From NCBI GenBank assembly GCA_016188545.1, contig JACPHO010000001.1:270546-334545 (forward strand): a stretch of DNA of 64,000 bases, read 5' to 3'. The position numbers were made by a program, and so were the translations under genes. Of the stretch, positions 30,294-39,418 are shown piece by piece (position 1 is the first letter of the stretch; every line of letters starts with the position of its first letter). This DNA is from Candidatus Shapirobacteria bacterium (GTDB lineage: Bacteria > Patescibacteriota > Microgenomatia > UBA12405). Under the pieces are notes generated by a model. The model had not been told where the DNA came from, ran no database searches, and saw nothing but the letters and a program-made list of their open reading frames with translations.

Positions 30294-31490
30294 TTATTCA
30301 TGACCAGATAATATCATTTTAGCCACTTTTTCTCCCTCTCTCACCGCAAAGTTTGTTCCCCTATCTTCTGGATAAATCATCGCAAAATTCGCCTGAAACA
30401 CATTTGTTTTTATTTTTGAATTTTGAATTTTGAATTTTCGTGTAACGACATGTTGGGCGTTCTTAAATTTCCATAGCCATTTGTCTACTACCATTTTTTT
30501 ATCAAAGTTCGGGAAAACTTTCTTCAGATAGTCAAACCATTCGTTAATAATCACACTATCCTTTTCAACAAAGTTCTTGTGCTCATGGGGAACATACACC
30601 CCCATGTAATAAACATTTTTATTTCCATATTGCTTTTTATCAACCAAGTTTGTGTGTTGAATAAAGGCCAGAAAAGGGGATCTATTGTCATTTATATTAT
30701 GCCAATAATACTTACTTAAGCTTTGTTTGGAGGTAAAAACCAAACACACCGCCCCCAAATAATCAACCTCTTTACTCGGCCCAGTCAGAAGTAATTTGTC
30801 AAATTTTTCCTGTCCTATTCTTAAATCATATTTCTTAAATCTTATTTCAGAATTCAAAGAAATCCGTCCACCATTTTCTCGAATTCGTCTTGCTAGTTCA
30901 TCAGCAATAATCCTAAAACCACCGTTAAAATATCCCAGTTTTCCCGAATTTCCTCGGGTATGAATCCTTGCCCATAGCCATGCCATCGACACATCTTTAT
31001 ATCTTTCATGAAATTTACCTTTCAAAAGTGGTTCCCAGATCACCTTGTAGGCTCTCTCCCCACACCACTTCTTCATCCATTGGTATGCCAATTGGTCGGC
31101 ATATTTTTCCCAGTTATTGTCTTTCTCCAAAAGAATTTTTACTACCCCTAGTCGTATTTTTGAAATAAGCGACAGTGGTTTGAACTTAAGAAGATCGACC
31201 GCGCCCATGAATGGATAGACAGTTCCATCATAATACAAACTTGTTTTTTCCGGATACCATTCCAATTTATCCATTAATCCTAGCTCTTTAGTTAGATCAA
31301 TAATGTGGCTATCAGTTGTAAATATATGATGGTAAGCCTTTTCCAAACTCGTTTTACCAATAGTGAATCCGCCCATTAGTCCACCAATATCACCACCCTT
31401 CTCGAATATTGTAACCAAATGTCCTTTTTGACTTAATCTGTACCCAGCTACTAATCCGGTCAACCCGGCTCCGATTATCGCAATTTTCAT
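30294..31490 (-). CDS. FAD-dependent oxidoreductase (amine-oxidase/UDP-galactopyranose-mutase-like fold)
   Basis: MKIAIIGAGLTGLVAGYRL…IFEKGGDIGGL dinucleotide-binding motif. Confidence 0.6.
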   Translation of the reverse strand: MKIAIIGAGLTGLVAGYRLSQKGHLVTIFEKGGDIGGLMGGFTIGKTSLEKAYHHIFTTDSHIIDLTKELGLMDKLEWYPEKTSLYYDGTVYPFMGAVDLLKFKPLSLISKIRLGVVKILLEKDNNWEKYADQLAYQWMKKWCGERAYKVIWEPLLKGKFHERYKDVSMAWLWARIHTRGNSGKLGYFNGGFRIIADELARRIRENGGRISLNSEIRFKKYDLRIGQEKFDKLLLTGPSKEVDYLGAVCLVFTSKQSLSKYYWHNINDNRSPFLAFIQHTNLVDKKQYGNKNVYYMGVYVPHEHKNFVEKDSVIINEWFDYLKKVFPNFDKKMVVDKWLWKFKNAQHVVTRKFKIQNSKIKTNVFQANFAMIYPEDRGTNFAVREGEKVAKMILSGHE

Positions 31491-31570
31491 GAATTAGTTT
31501 AGCAGACAAAATGTAATATCCAGTTTAAACTACTACTATGAGGAGAGGTAATAGACACATTATATTGCCT

Positions 31571-31584
31571 ATAATATTATAGTC
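31571..31584. promoter_or_regulatory. Perfect 14-bp palindrome CTATAATATTATAG in divergent promoter region
   Basis: Self-complementary. The TGCTATAAT extended -10 follows at 31585-31593. Confidence 0.35.
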
Positions 31585-31619
31585 TGCTATAATTAATACA
31601 TACTAGATAAGTATATTTT

Positions 31620-31976
31620 ATGTCCAATCGTCTCCAAACAAAACTCGAGATAAACTGTGTTCGGCTTTTAGTTGGTCGAGAGAACGAAACTCTGGGTATG
31701 AAAATATCTGATCTGCCCACCGGACACCGGGTTGATTTGCCTCAACTTGAAGCGGCTCACATCCTAGCACTTATCGGTCACAAAAGGGGGGAAATAGTCC
31801 TGTTACTTAATTCAAATGTGGGTTCTGTTACTGTAAGTGACTTACCCGACTCGAGAGTTGAGAAGATGGACACATTCCCATTTTTGGTCAAGGTAAGCAA
31901 AGTTAAACCAGGGGAAAATTTTAATGTTACGTTTGGAGCTCAAGTAGTAAACTTCGTCACTCAGGATGTTATCTGA
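31620..31976 (+). CDS. Hypothetical protein (118 aa)
   Basis: ORF only, followed by a terminator. No recognisable motif. Confidence 0.3.
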   Translation: MSNRLQTKLEINCVRLLVGRENETLGMKISDLPTGHRVDLPQLEAAHILALIGHKRGEIVLLLNSNVGSVTVSDLPDSRVEKMDTFPFLVKVSKVKPGENFNVTFGAQVVNFVTQDVI

Positions 31977-32004
31977 GTTTTGTGATATCATATTTCACCT
32001 TATT

Positions 32005-32027
32005 ACGGGTTTCGACCCGTTTTTTAA
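32005..32027 (+). terminator. Rho-independent terminator
   Basis: ACGGGT-TTCG-ACCCGT followed by TTTTTT. Confidence 0.55.
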
Positions 32028-32044
32028 TGTTATTATTTACTAAT

Positions 32045-32079
32045 TAATTCTTAATTCCTAATTCTTAATTCCTAATTTC
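32045..32079 (+). repeat. Tandem heptamer tract (AATTCYT)n immediately upstream of fusA
   Basis: aattcttaattcctaattcttaattcctaatttct. Same element family at 42884-42921, 43587-43624 and 58250-58275. Confidence 0.55.
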
Positions 32080-32083
32080 TACT

Positions 32084-34189
32084 ATGGCCGACGCTATTAA
32101 GCTCTCCAAAAACCGCGATGTCAGCATGGATCATGTCCGTAACATCGGTATTATTGCCCATATTGACGGAGGTAAGACCACCACTACCGAACGTCTACTT
32201 TTCTATACAGGAAAAATTCACAAAATTGGTTCTGTTGATGCCGGTACTACTACTACCGACACCATGGTGCAGGAACGGGAGAGGGGAATTACTATCCAGT
32301 CAGCTTGCGTCACCACTTTTTGGCATGACTACCGCATCAACATTATCGATACTCCCGGCCATGTCGATTTTACTGCCGAGGTAGAACGTTCCCTACGTGT
32401 CCTCGACGGTGCTATCATGATTTTCGATGGCAATGCTGGGGTTCAAGCTCAATCCGAAACTGTTTGGCGTCAGGCCGACAAATACGGGGTGCCCCGTTTG
32501 GCTTTTGTCAACAAAATGGACAAAGTTGGTGCATCTTTCCAAGGTACTCTCGACTCCATCACTCAAAAACTTCACGCCCCAATTGTCGCCATGGTCTTAC
32601 CTCTTGGTGAAGAACATGCCCATGTTGGTGTCATCGACCTGATGGAAATGAAGATGATTGTCTACGATAAAGATCCTGAAGGTATGGAGTTCACCGTCAA
32701 AGATGTCACTCCCGATTATCTCGATGCTGCCAAAGCTGCTCGGGCCAAGATGGTTGAAAAAATCGCCGGAGAGGACGAACACCTTATGGAGAAATACCTT
32801 AGTGATGAGGAAATATCCATTCCAGAGCTTAAAAAAGCCCTTCGTAAAGCCACTATCGATCGTAAATTATTCCCAGTATTCTGTGGTGCTGCTTGGAGAA
32901 ACAAAGGAATCCATCCAATTTTGGATGCAATTGTTGACTATCTGCCTTCCCCCACTGACCTTCCCCCGATAGAAGGGTTTGATATCAATACTCAAGAAAA
33001 AATTACCAGAAAACCGATCAAGTCAGAACCACTATCAGCCATGCTTTTTAAAGTCCAGTCCGATGCTCATGTCGGAACACTTTCCTACGTCCGTGTCTAT
33101 TCCGGTACTATCAGATCAGGTTCTGATGTCTACAATGCTACCAAGCAAAAGACCGAAAGAATCGGTCGTTTGTTGCTAATGCATGCTGACAAAAGAGAGG
33201 GGATCGAAGAGGGTTTTGCTGGAGAAATAATTGCCTGTATCGGTCTAAAAGAGTCCACCACCGGTGATACACTTTGTGACAAAAGTGCCCCAATTTCTCT
33301 ATCTCCAATTCAATTCTCCGAACCAGTTATCTCCCTTTCAATCGAACCTGAAACTGCCGATGATCAGGAGAAAATGGGTGCAGCCCTCAACCGTCTTGCT
33401 ATCGAGGATCCCACCTTCAAAGTTTCCTACAACCACGAAACCGGTCAGACCATTATCGCCGGTATGGGCGAACTTTACCTCGATATTATCGTCGATCGTC
33501 TTCGCCGAGAATTCAACGTCGGCGTCAAGACCGGTGCCCCCCAAGTTGCTTATCGCGAAACTATTTCCGAAAATGCCGAAGGTGAGGGTAAATACATTCA
33601 TCAGTCCGGTGGTCATGGTCAGTATGGTCATTGTAAAGTTAAGGTCGAACCAAAAAACCGTGGCGAAGGTATCGAGTTCGTCAACGGTATCAAGGGTGGG
33701 GTCATTCCTGCCAACTTCGTCCCCGCCATCGAAAAGGGTGTTCGCGAAGCCCTTGCCAAGGGTATCATCGCTGGCTATCCCTGTACCGATATCAAAGTCA
33801 CTGTCTATGATGGTTCCTACCACGATGTTGACTCATCAGAAGCCGCTTTCAAACTAGCTGGTTCTTATGCCATCAAAGACGCCTTCCAAAAAGCTCGACC
33901 ACTTGTACTAGAACCCATCATGAAGATGGAGGTCGCCACCCCATCCGAATTCCAAGGAACAGTTATTGGAGATCTTGCCGCCCGACGTGGTCAGGTTAGT
34001 GGAACCACCGATTCTATGGGTTTTACTACCATTATTGCCTTAATACCATTGGAAATGGTGCGAGGTTACGCTACTGTCATCCGTTCCCTCACTCAAGGAC
34101 GTGGTTCATTCTATATGGAACCGGCACAATACGATCCAGTACCCCGTGACGTTCAGGAGAAGTTGACCATCAAACCTGGAAAAGAATAG
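32084..34189 (+). CDS. fusA: Elongation factor G
   Basis: AHIDGGKTTTTE G1 and DTPGHVDF G3 motifs. 701 aa. Confidence 0.95.
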   Translation: MADAIKLSKNRDVSMDHVRNIGIIAHIDGGKTTTTERLLFYTGKIHKIGSVDAGTTTTDTMVQERERGITIQSACVTTFWHDYRINIIDTPGHVDFTAEVERSLRVLDGAIMIFDGNAGVQAQSETVWRQADKYGVPRLAFVNKMDKVGASFQGTLDSITQKLHAPIVAMVLPLGEEHAHVGVIDLMEMKMIVYDKDPEGMEFTVKDVTPDYLDAAKAARAKMVEKIAGEDEHLMEKYLSDEEISIPELKKALRKATIDRKLFPVFCGAAWRNKGIHPILDAIVDYLPSPTDLPPIEGFDINTQEKITRKPIKSEPLSAMLFKVQSDAHVGTLSYVRVYSGTIRSGSDVYNATKQKTERIGRLLLMHADKREGIEEGFAGEIIACIGLKESTTGDTLCDKSAPISLSPIQFSEPVISLSIEPETADDQEKMGAALNRLAIEDPTFKVSYNHETGQTIIAGMGELYLDIIVDRLRREFNVGVKTGAPQVAYRETISENAEGEGKYIHQSGGHGQYGHCKVKVEPKNRGEGIEFVNGIKGGVIPANFVPAIEKGVREALAKGIIAGYPCTDIKVTVYDGSYHDVDSSEAAFKLAGSYAIKDAFQKARPLVLEPIMKMEVATPSEFQGTVIGDLAARRGQVSGTTDSMGFTTIIALIPLEMVRGYATVIRSLTQGRGSFYMEPAQYDPVPRDVQEKLTIKPGKE

Positions 34190-34289
34190 GAATTTACCTA
34201 GAGCTTTCCGATGAAGACATGGTCATCTCTCACTGAATCTTTGGGCAGTTTGTGTTACAATTAATACTATTAATTAAGCGTTTAAAAAT

Positions 34290-34817
34290 ATGGCAAACAA
34301 CAGCGACAGAAGGATAGATAGACCAACTGATGTTTTGTATGTAATTAATGAAATAAACAGTGAACATGACGTGCCACCATCATATGTCTTAGCCCAAGAG
34401 TTAATAAATAAATATCCCAATTCACTCACGGTTATTGATCGGGATATAATTCCCCTTATCCTAAGTCGATCAGGTGACCCCAAATCACGAACTATATACA
34501 TCAATGATGTTGGCATTTTTATTTTAACCAGCAACCCTACTTTAGATGCCTCTGAGCAAGCGTGGAAAATGTTTAATGAAAACAATGCTATTGACCACAA
34601 ACTAGTATTAGTATCCAACAATAATGATGAATATATTCCTACAGGTGAATTTACCCAACAAACTGGGATTATTTCCATTACTCACTTAAATCTAGATCAA
34701 ATAAAAAATAAGCCAAGATCAAAAGACGCTAAGCTAATCAACGACATTCTTTCACAGGCTGATCGAAGAGGTAGGATGGCATTGCCTCCGTCGAGTAATT
34801 ACCTATCTCAAACATAG
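34290..34817 (+). CDS. Hypothetical protein (175 aa)
   Basis: ORF only. First gene of the fusA-tuf insertion. Confidence 0.35.
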   Translation: MANNSDRRIDRPTDVLYVINEINSEHDVPPSYVLAQELINKYPNSLTVIDRDIIPLILSRSGDPKSRTIYINDVGIFILTSNPTLDASEQAWKMFNENNAIDHKLVLVSNNNDEYIPTGEFTQQTGIISITHLNLDQIKNKPRSKDAKLINDILSQADRRGRMALPPSSNYLSQT

Positions 34818-34869
34818 CTCAGAATCCAATTTTGATGTAATATGTGTTATTAATCACAAAAAAAATAAA

Positions 34870-35382
34870 ATGATGGTTCTGGACATCGAGACAATATCCG
34901 CCACCTTAGGAAAATCAGTTGAAAAAGATAGGACTACCCTTGAAGGTCTGGTTATGTCTACAATGCTTGAATTATCAACACAATATCCAAAAGGCCTAGG
35001 TTTGGCTGCCGATGGTGACAATTTCTTGCTAGTGTCTCCACACGTTGATTCTCATGGTGAAGTTGTTTTAGCTACTGAAACTGGTGTCTATATTCTCGAA
35101 CAAGATAAATTAGATGCAAAAGCCCACAATCTCGACAGGATTGTTGGTGCCATCAGTGGTGCTATTACCACCGCCAAACAACTTGTCGCCAAAATTCCTC
35201 AAGACGACTACGAATCCCACCAAGATTTAAAAGATAATGGTTTATTTATCAACGCAGTAACACAAGTAAACATTGCTGATAAAGAATCACCAAATTTCCA
35301 AAAAATGGTTGAACTTGTTAAAGACATGTCAAAATTCAGAGCCTCAATTGACTCTGCCAGGCTCGCCACTACTGAGAAATAA
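34870..35382 (+). CDS. Hypothetical protein, paralog of N-half of 36905-37864
   Basis: About 50% identity with the 36905 product over about 150 aa. Example: LELSTQYPKGLGLAADGDNFLLVSPHV versus LELSTEYPKGLGLSGTEENFLLVSPHV. Confidence 0.45.
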   Translation: MMVLDIETISATLGKSVEKDRTTLEGLVMSTMLELSTQYPKGLGLAADGDNFLLVSPHVDSHGEVVLATETGVYILEQDKLDAKAHNLDRIVGAISGAITTAKQLVAKIPQDDYESHQDLKDNGLFINAVTQVNIADKESPNFQKMVELVKDMSKFRASIDSARLATTEK

Positions 35383-35419
35383 TTAAAAAATAAATCCTCT
35401 AATGGTCCGGTAGTTTTTA

Positions 35420-35851
35420 TTGACAATCACTTCACAAAGTCCTATAATACATCAAATGAAAACAAATCAAACTGAAAAAATCAGTGCACTTTTGGAACAT
35501 CAGAAATCTCTTGTCGAACAGTCCACAATTGTCGACTTTAAGTTAGCTTTGGAAAAATGGAAAATACTGATTGAAGTTGCTCGTGAATCAGAAGCTATTC
35601 ACAATAGCGGTGTCTGGATGACAAAAAAAGACGGTACTTTTGTCCATTTTGAATCAAACCATGGTTGCTTTATAAATGTAACTCAACATCCAGAACTTAA
35701 ACACCAATCATACAACTTCGCTCAAGGTGCCACAGGTGAACACTTTGTATTTGAATTCAACCTAGAACATACAGAAGTTGTCAGAGTTGAGTCCCATAAC
35801 ACAAAAAAAATGCAAAAAAAAATATCAGCTGGGAGGCTATACTGGTGGTGA
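35420..35851 (+). CDS. Hypothetical protein (143 aa). A8/A9 homopolymer runs near the 3' end.
   Basis: ORF only. Poly-A tracts at 35803-35822. Confidence 0.3.
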   Translation: MTITSQSPIIHQMKTNQTEKISALLEHQKSLVEQSTIVDFKLALEKWKILIEVARESEAIHNSGVWMTKKDGTFVHFESNHGCFINVTQHPELKHQSYNFAQGATGEHFVFEFNLEHTEVVRVESHNTKKMQKKISAGRLYWW

Positions 35852-35999
35852 CCATTTTAGGTTCATAACTTTAAAATCAACACAGACTATTGTTGAGGGT
35901 TTTAAAAGGGGATTTCCTGTGGAGGAATTTAAATCTTTGGTTGATAACATTGGGTCTCCAGAAAGTAATTAGGTAGCAAATCATATTCAGAAAAACTGT

Positions 36000-36013
36000 C
36001 CATCAAACCAGGT
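36000..36013 (+). repeat. 14-bp direct repeat CCATCAAACCAGGT (left copy)
   Basis: Exact copy also at 36715-36728. The pair brackets the RelB/RelE-like cassette. Confidence 0.5.
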
Positions 36014-36130
36014 GGTAAAAATAAATGTCATTTCCGCAATTCTTTTTGTCATTCCCATGAAGGCGGGAATCCAGATCTAAATCATCATCATTTTCCCCAG
36101 TTTTGAGCCTGTCGAAGTGGCGATAGTGTC

Positions 36131-36158
36131 TTGACAAATAATATCAAAATAGTATAAT
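36131..36158 (+). promoter_or_regulatory. Consensus sigma70 promoter TTGACA-16 bp-TATAAT. The antitoxin ATG lies 6 nt downstream, so the transcript is probably leaderless.
   Basis: -35 at 36131-36136, -10 at 36153-36158, ATG at 36165. Confidence 0.5.
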
Positions 36159-36164
36159 CATATT

Positions 36165-36434
36165 ATGAAAACGACTATCCAAGTCCCCGTCGACAAAAAT
36201 TTAAAAACAATTTACGAAAATAACGCTGATAAGTTAGGCTATTCTTCACTGCAAGAATATATTCGTGTGTTTCTGAAACAAAACTTAGGCCAGGACAATG
36301 TTGAATACTTAACTCCACAAGAAGAAAAAAAGCTTCTTCAAATGTCTCGCGCCTCCGATCGGGAAATTAAAAAAGGTAATTTCATCAAAAGTAGTAATAT
36401 TGACGAATTAATGGCATACTTAAACAGTGCCTGA
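36165..36434 (+). CDS. RelB/DinJ-family (ribbon-helix-helix) antitoxin
   Basis: N-terminal beta strand TIQVPVD followed by helices. 89 aa. 8-nt overlap with the downstream toxin. Confidence 0.55.
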   Translation: MKTTIQVPVDKNLKTIYENNADKLGYSSLQEYIRVFLKQNLGQDNVEYLTPQEEKKLLQMSRASDREIKKGNFIKSSNIDELMAYLNSA

Positions 36435-36699
36435 AATTATTTTTGATCGTTTATTTCGTCGTCATTTTGATTCACGTCAATTTTCCAAAAAAATTACAGC
36501 AAAATTTAATGAAAGAGTAAAAGTTTTCTCCCGTAATCCAGAATCAATCCTGCTTAATGACCATCCACTTAGAGGTAACCTAAGTGGTTATAGAGCATTT
36601 TCTATTACCAAAGATATCCGCGTGGTATATCAAATAATTGATGACAATCTTGTTCGTTTTCTAAATATCGGCACCCACAACCAGGTTTATGGAAAATAG
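36427..36699 (+). CDS. RelE/ParE-family type II toxin
   Basis: …LNDHPLRGNLSGYRAFSITKDIRVVYQIIDDNLVRFLNIGTHNQVYGK matches the RelE/ParE C-terminal pattern. GTG start. Confidence 0.65.
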   Translation: MPEIIFDRLFRRHFDSRQFSKKITAKFNERVKVFSRNPESILLNDHPLRGNLSGYRAFSITKDIRVVYQIIDDNLVRFLNIGTHNQVYGK

Positions 36700-36714
36700 A
36701 CCGAGAAAAGTCGC

Positions 36715-36728
36715 CCATCAAACCAGGT
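36715..36728 (+). repeat. 14-bp direct repeat CCATCAAACCAGGT (right copy)
   Basis: Exact match to 36000-36013. Lies 15 nt after the toxin stop. Confidence 0.5.
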
Positions 36729-36790
36729 AAGGAATAACCGCCAAAAACGTCATCGCGAGAAACGAAGTGACGAAGCAATCAGTGTATTAA

Positions 36791-36815
36791 GCCCCGGCTC
36801 CGGCCGGGGTTTTTG
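36791..36815 (+). terminator. Rho-independent terminator
   Basis: CCCCGGC-TCCG-GCCGGGG followed by TTTTT. Confidence 0.7.
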
Positions 36816-36904
36816 TGATATATTCTACTTATTACGGTTAAAGTATAAAATTTCAAACCGATAAATTGCTAGAAATATATTTTATATAAATTAATTATTC
36901 CAAT

Positions 36905-37864
36905 ATGCTAAATCTAGTCCCCGAAGAAGTGTCAGCTGTTATAAGTAGTTCAATAGAAAAAAATGTATCACCACAAGAAACAAAGGTGATGTCAAGGGTT
37001 CTTGAACTTTCGACTGAGTACCCAAAAGGATTGGGCTTGTCTGGAACTGAAGAAAATTTTTTACTCGTATCACCTCATGTGGGCGTAGACGGGAAATCTG
37101 TCCTGGCTACAGAAACAGGTATTTATATTATTAAACAGCAGAAATTAGAAGCAGGAGCAGGTAACAATGATCGAATGGTAAATGTGATTAGTGGTGCTGT
37201 CGAAGCGACTAAGAAACTCGTTTCTGCTATTCCTACTGATGATTTTGAGACAAAATTTCCACCCAAAGTAAATGGGCTTTTTGTCGAGTCAATAACCCAA
37301 GTCAATTTAGACGATCCAGATTCTGATACACATCAAGAGATGGTCGGGCTAATTAAAGAGATGTCACGATTTAGAGCGTCTGCTGATGCCAGGAGAAATG
37401 ATAATCAAACTGAAGAATCTGTGCGAACCACGAGTCCAGTGGAAGCTCTTGCAAAGGTTTTTATAGATACCTATGAAGATAGAGATGATGTTGCTGTCAA
37501 TAATTACTCTTGGGTTGCTAGTACTGACAGGTGGCATCCTGGACTATTTGAAATATTCGGAGATCACAATAAGCAACTAACTAATGCGATAAAAACCATT
37601 GACGCTGATCAAGATGGAAATCGTTTGTGGATTGTTGGCGGTGTCATGGCGGTTGTTAATTATCCAGATGAAATTTCTAAGTCTGGTGATGCTGGACTTA
37701 ATTTATATCAGGCTTTAAACGAAGCACGGCGCTCTAGCGATAAACGCTATGAAGGTGATATGAATGGGAGAAAGTTGGTGATCAACATTTGCCAAGTGGA
37801 ACAACCAGATCGAGTTCCAGAAAAACTAATCGAATCATTGTTGAGCAGTAGAAGCGAGTCATAG
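36905..37864 (+). CDS. Hypothetical protein (319 aa). The N-half is paralogous to 34870-35382. It also has a unique C-terminal ~160-aa domain.
   Basis: See paralog alignment. No recognisable motif. Confidence 0.45.
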   Translation: MLNLVPEEVSAVISSSIEKNVSPQETKVMSRVLELSTEYPKGLGLSGTEENFLLVSPHVGVDGKSVLATETGIYIIKQQKLEAGAGNNDRMVNVISGAVEATKKLVSAIPTDDFETKFPPKVNGLFVESITQVNLDDPDSDTHQEMVGLIKEMSRFRASADARRNDNQTEESVRTTSPVEALAKVFIDTYEDRDDVAVNNYSWVASTDRWHPGLFEIFGDHNKQLTNAIKTIDADQDGNRLWIVGGVMAVVNYPDEISKSGDAGLNLYQALNEARRSSDKRYEGDMNGRKLVINICQVEQPDRVPEKLIESLLSSRSES

Positions 37865-37955
37865 TGACATCTTTGCAATGAATGTGAATTTGTATCATTA
37901 AATAATTAAGAAATTAAGTGAAGCTCTAACTTAGAATTTTGAACATATTTCATTC

Positions 37956-37984
37956 TTGCAAACCCAAAACCTTACTGCTACAAT
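37956..37984 (+). promoter_or_regulatory. Sigma70-like promoter TTGCAA-17 bp-TACAAT upstream of tuf
   Basis: Read directly. Lies 80 nt upstream of the tuf ATG. Confidence 0.4.
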
Positions 37985-38064
37985 CTTAAAGCGTTTTTCG
38001 CTATACTTAATAGTTATAAATTCTTCCGACTTTGTCGTCGGATAATAAAATCAAATCAAAATAT

Positions 38065-39237
38065 ATGGCTGATGCATATAAAAGAACCAAACCCCATGTC
38101 AACGTCGGTACTATTGGTCACGTCGATCATGGTAAAACTACTTTAACCGCCGCAATTTCCAAAGTTCAAGGAAGTGCCAAATCTTACGCAGATATTGCTA
38201 AGGGTGGTACCGTCCGCGATGCTTCCAAGATTGTTACTATCGCTATCTCCCACATCGAATACGAAACCGATGCCCGTCATTATGCTCATATCGACTGTCC
38301 GGGACATGCCGACTATGTCAAGAACATGATTACCGGTGCTGCCCAAATGGATGGCGCTATTCTCGTTGTTTCTGCACCAGACGGTCCAATGCCTCAAACC
38401 AGAGAGCACGTTCTACTTGCCAAGCAAGTCAACGTTCCCTCTCTGGTCGTTTTCTTAAACAAAGTTGATTTGGTCACCGACCCAGAGTTCCTCGACCTAG
38501 TCGAAATGGAAATCCGTGATCTTCTTACCAAATACGGCTACCCAGGTGATACCACTCCAATCGTTCGTGGATCTGCTCTAAAGGCACTCAATGGCGAGGC
38601 TGAAGGTGTCGAATCTATCAAGAAATTGATGGAGGCACTTGATTCCTACATTCCCGAGCCCAAGCGCGAACTTGATCAGCCTTTCCTCATGCCTATTGAG
38701 GATGTCTTCTCCATCAAGGGTCGCGGTACTGTTGCTACCGGAAGAATCGAAAGGGGAGTTATCAAAGTCAACGAAGAAATCGAAATCGTCGGTCTTCGTG
38801 ATACCAAAAAAGCTGTTGTTACTGGTGTCGAAATGTTCCACAAATCACTTGACCAAGGTCAAGCTGGTGACAATGTCGGTATCCTGCTCCGCGGAGTTGA
38901 AAAAGACGATATCGAAAGGGGACAAGTGTTAGCCAAAATTGGCTCTATCACCCCTCACACCGAGTTCAAGGCTGAAGTTCTACTTCTCAAAAAAGAAGAA
39001 GGTGGTCGTCATACTCCAATCTTCAATGGTTATCGTCCCCAAGTCTTTTTGAAGACTACTGACGTTACCGGAGATCTTACTCTTCCAGAAGGTATGGAAA
39101 TGGTCATGCCAGGTGATAATGCAAATGTCGTCATCAAGCTGATTAAAGCTGTAGCCATGGAAAAGGGTCAACGCTTCGCTATCCGCGAAGGTGGATTGAC
39201 AGTTGGTGCCGGTGCTATCACCGAGATCATCAAATAA
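38065..39237 (+). CDS. tuf: Elongation factor Tu
   Basis: [31 protein letters not shown] motifs. ATG at 38065 preferred over the ORF-track TTG at 38032. Confidence 0.95.
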   Translation: MADAYKRTKPHVNVGTIGHVDHGKTTLTAAISKVQGSAKSYADIAKGGTVRDASKIVTIAISHIEYETDARHYAHIDCPGHADYVKNMITGAAQMDGAILVVSAPDGPMPQTREHVLLAKQVNVPSLVVFLNKVDLVTDPEFLDLVEMEIRDLLTKYGYPGDTTPIVRGSALKALNGEAEGVESIKKLMEALDSYIPEPKRELDQPFLMPIEDVFSIKGRGTVATGRIERGVIKVNEEIEIVGLRDTKKAVVTGVEMFHKSLDQGQAGDNVGILLRGVEKDDIERGQVLAKIGSITPHTEFKAEVLLLKKEEGGRHTPIFNGYRPQVFLKTTDVTGDLTLPEGMEMVMPGDNANVVIKLIKAVAMEKGQRFAIREGGLTVGAGAITEIIK

Positions 39238-39249
39238 ATCGCTTTTTAA

Positions 39250-39280
39250 CCCCTCCCGTAGATTTCGGAGGGGTTTATAA
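39250..39280 (+). terminator. Terminator-like hairpin after tuf
   Basis: CCCCTCC-loop-GGAGGGG followed by a TTTAT weak U-tract. Confidence 0.45.
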
Positions 39281-39418
39281 AACAATTTATTTAAAGAGAT
39301 CGTTCTTTAAAAATATAGATTCTATATTTTATAAGTTGTTTTACAAAATTAAATTAAAAATTAAATAAATTACAAAATTCATTTTAAATTGAAAATTGTA
39401 AATTGAAAATTAAACTGT

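Noticed and set aside
32118-33857. ORFs in other frames inside fusA (e.g. 33264-33857, 33338-33823)
   Set aside because: They overlap the conserved EF-G reading frame.
38032-38064. TTG start extending tuf by 11 codons
   Set aside because: The ATG at 38065 gives the canonical EF-Tu N-terminus, and the promoter is positioned for it.
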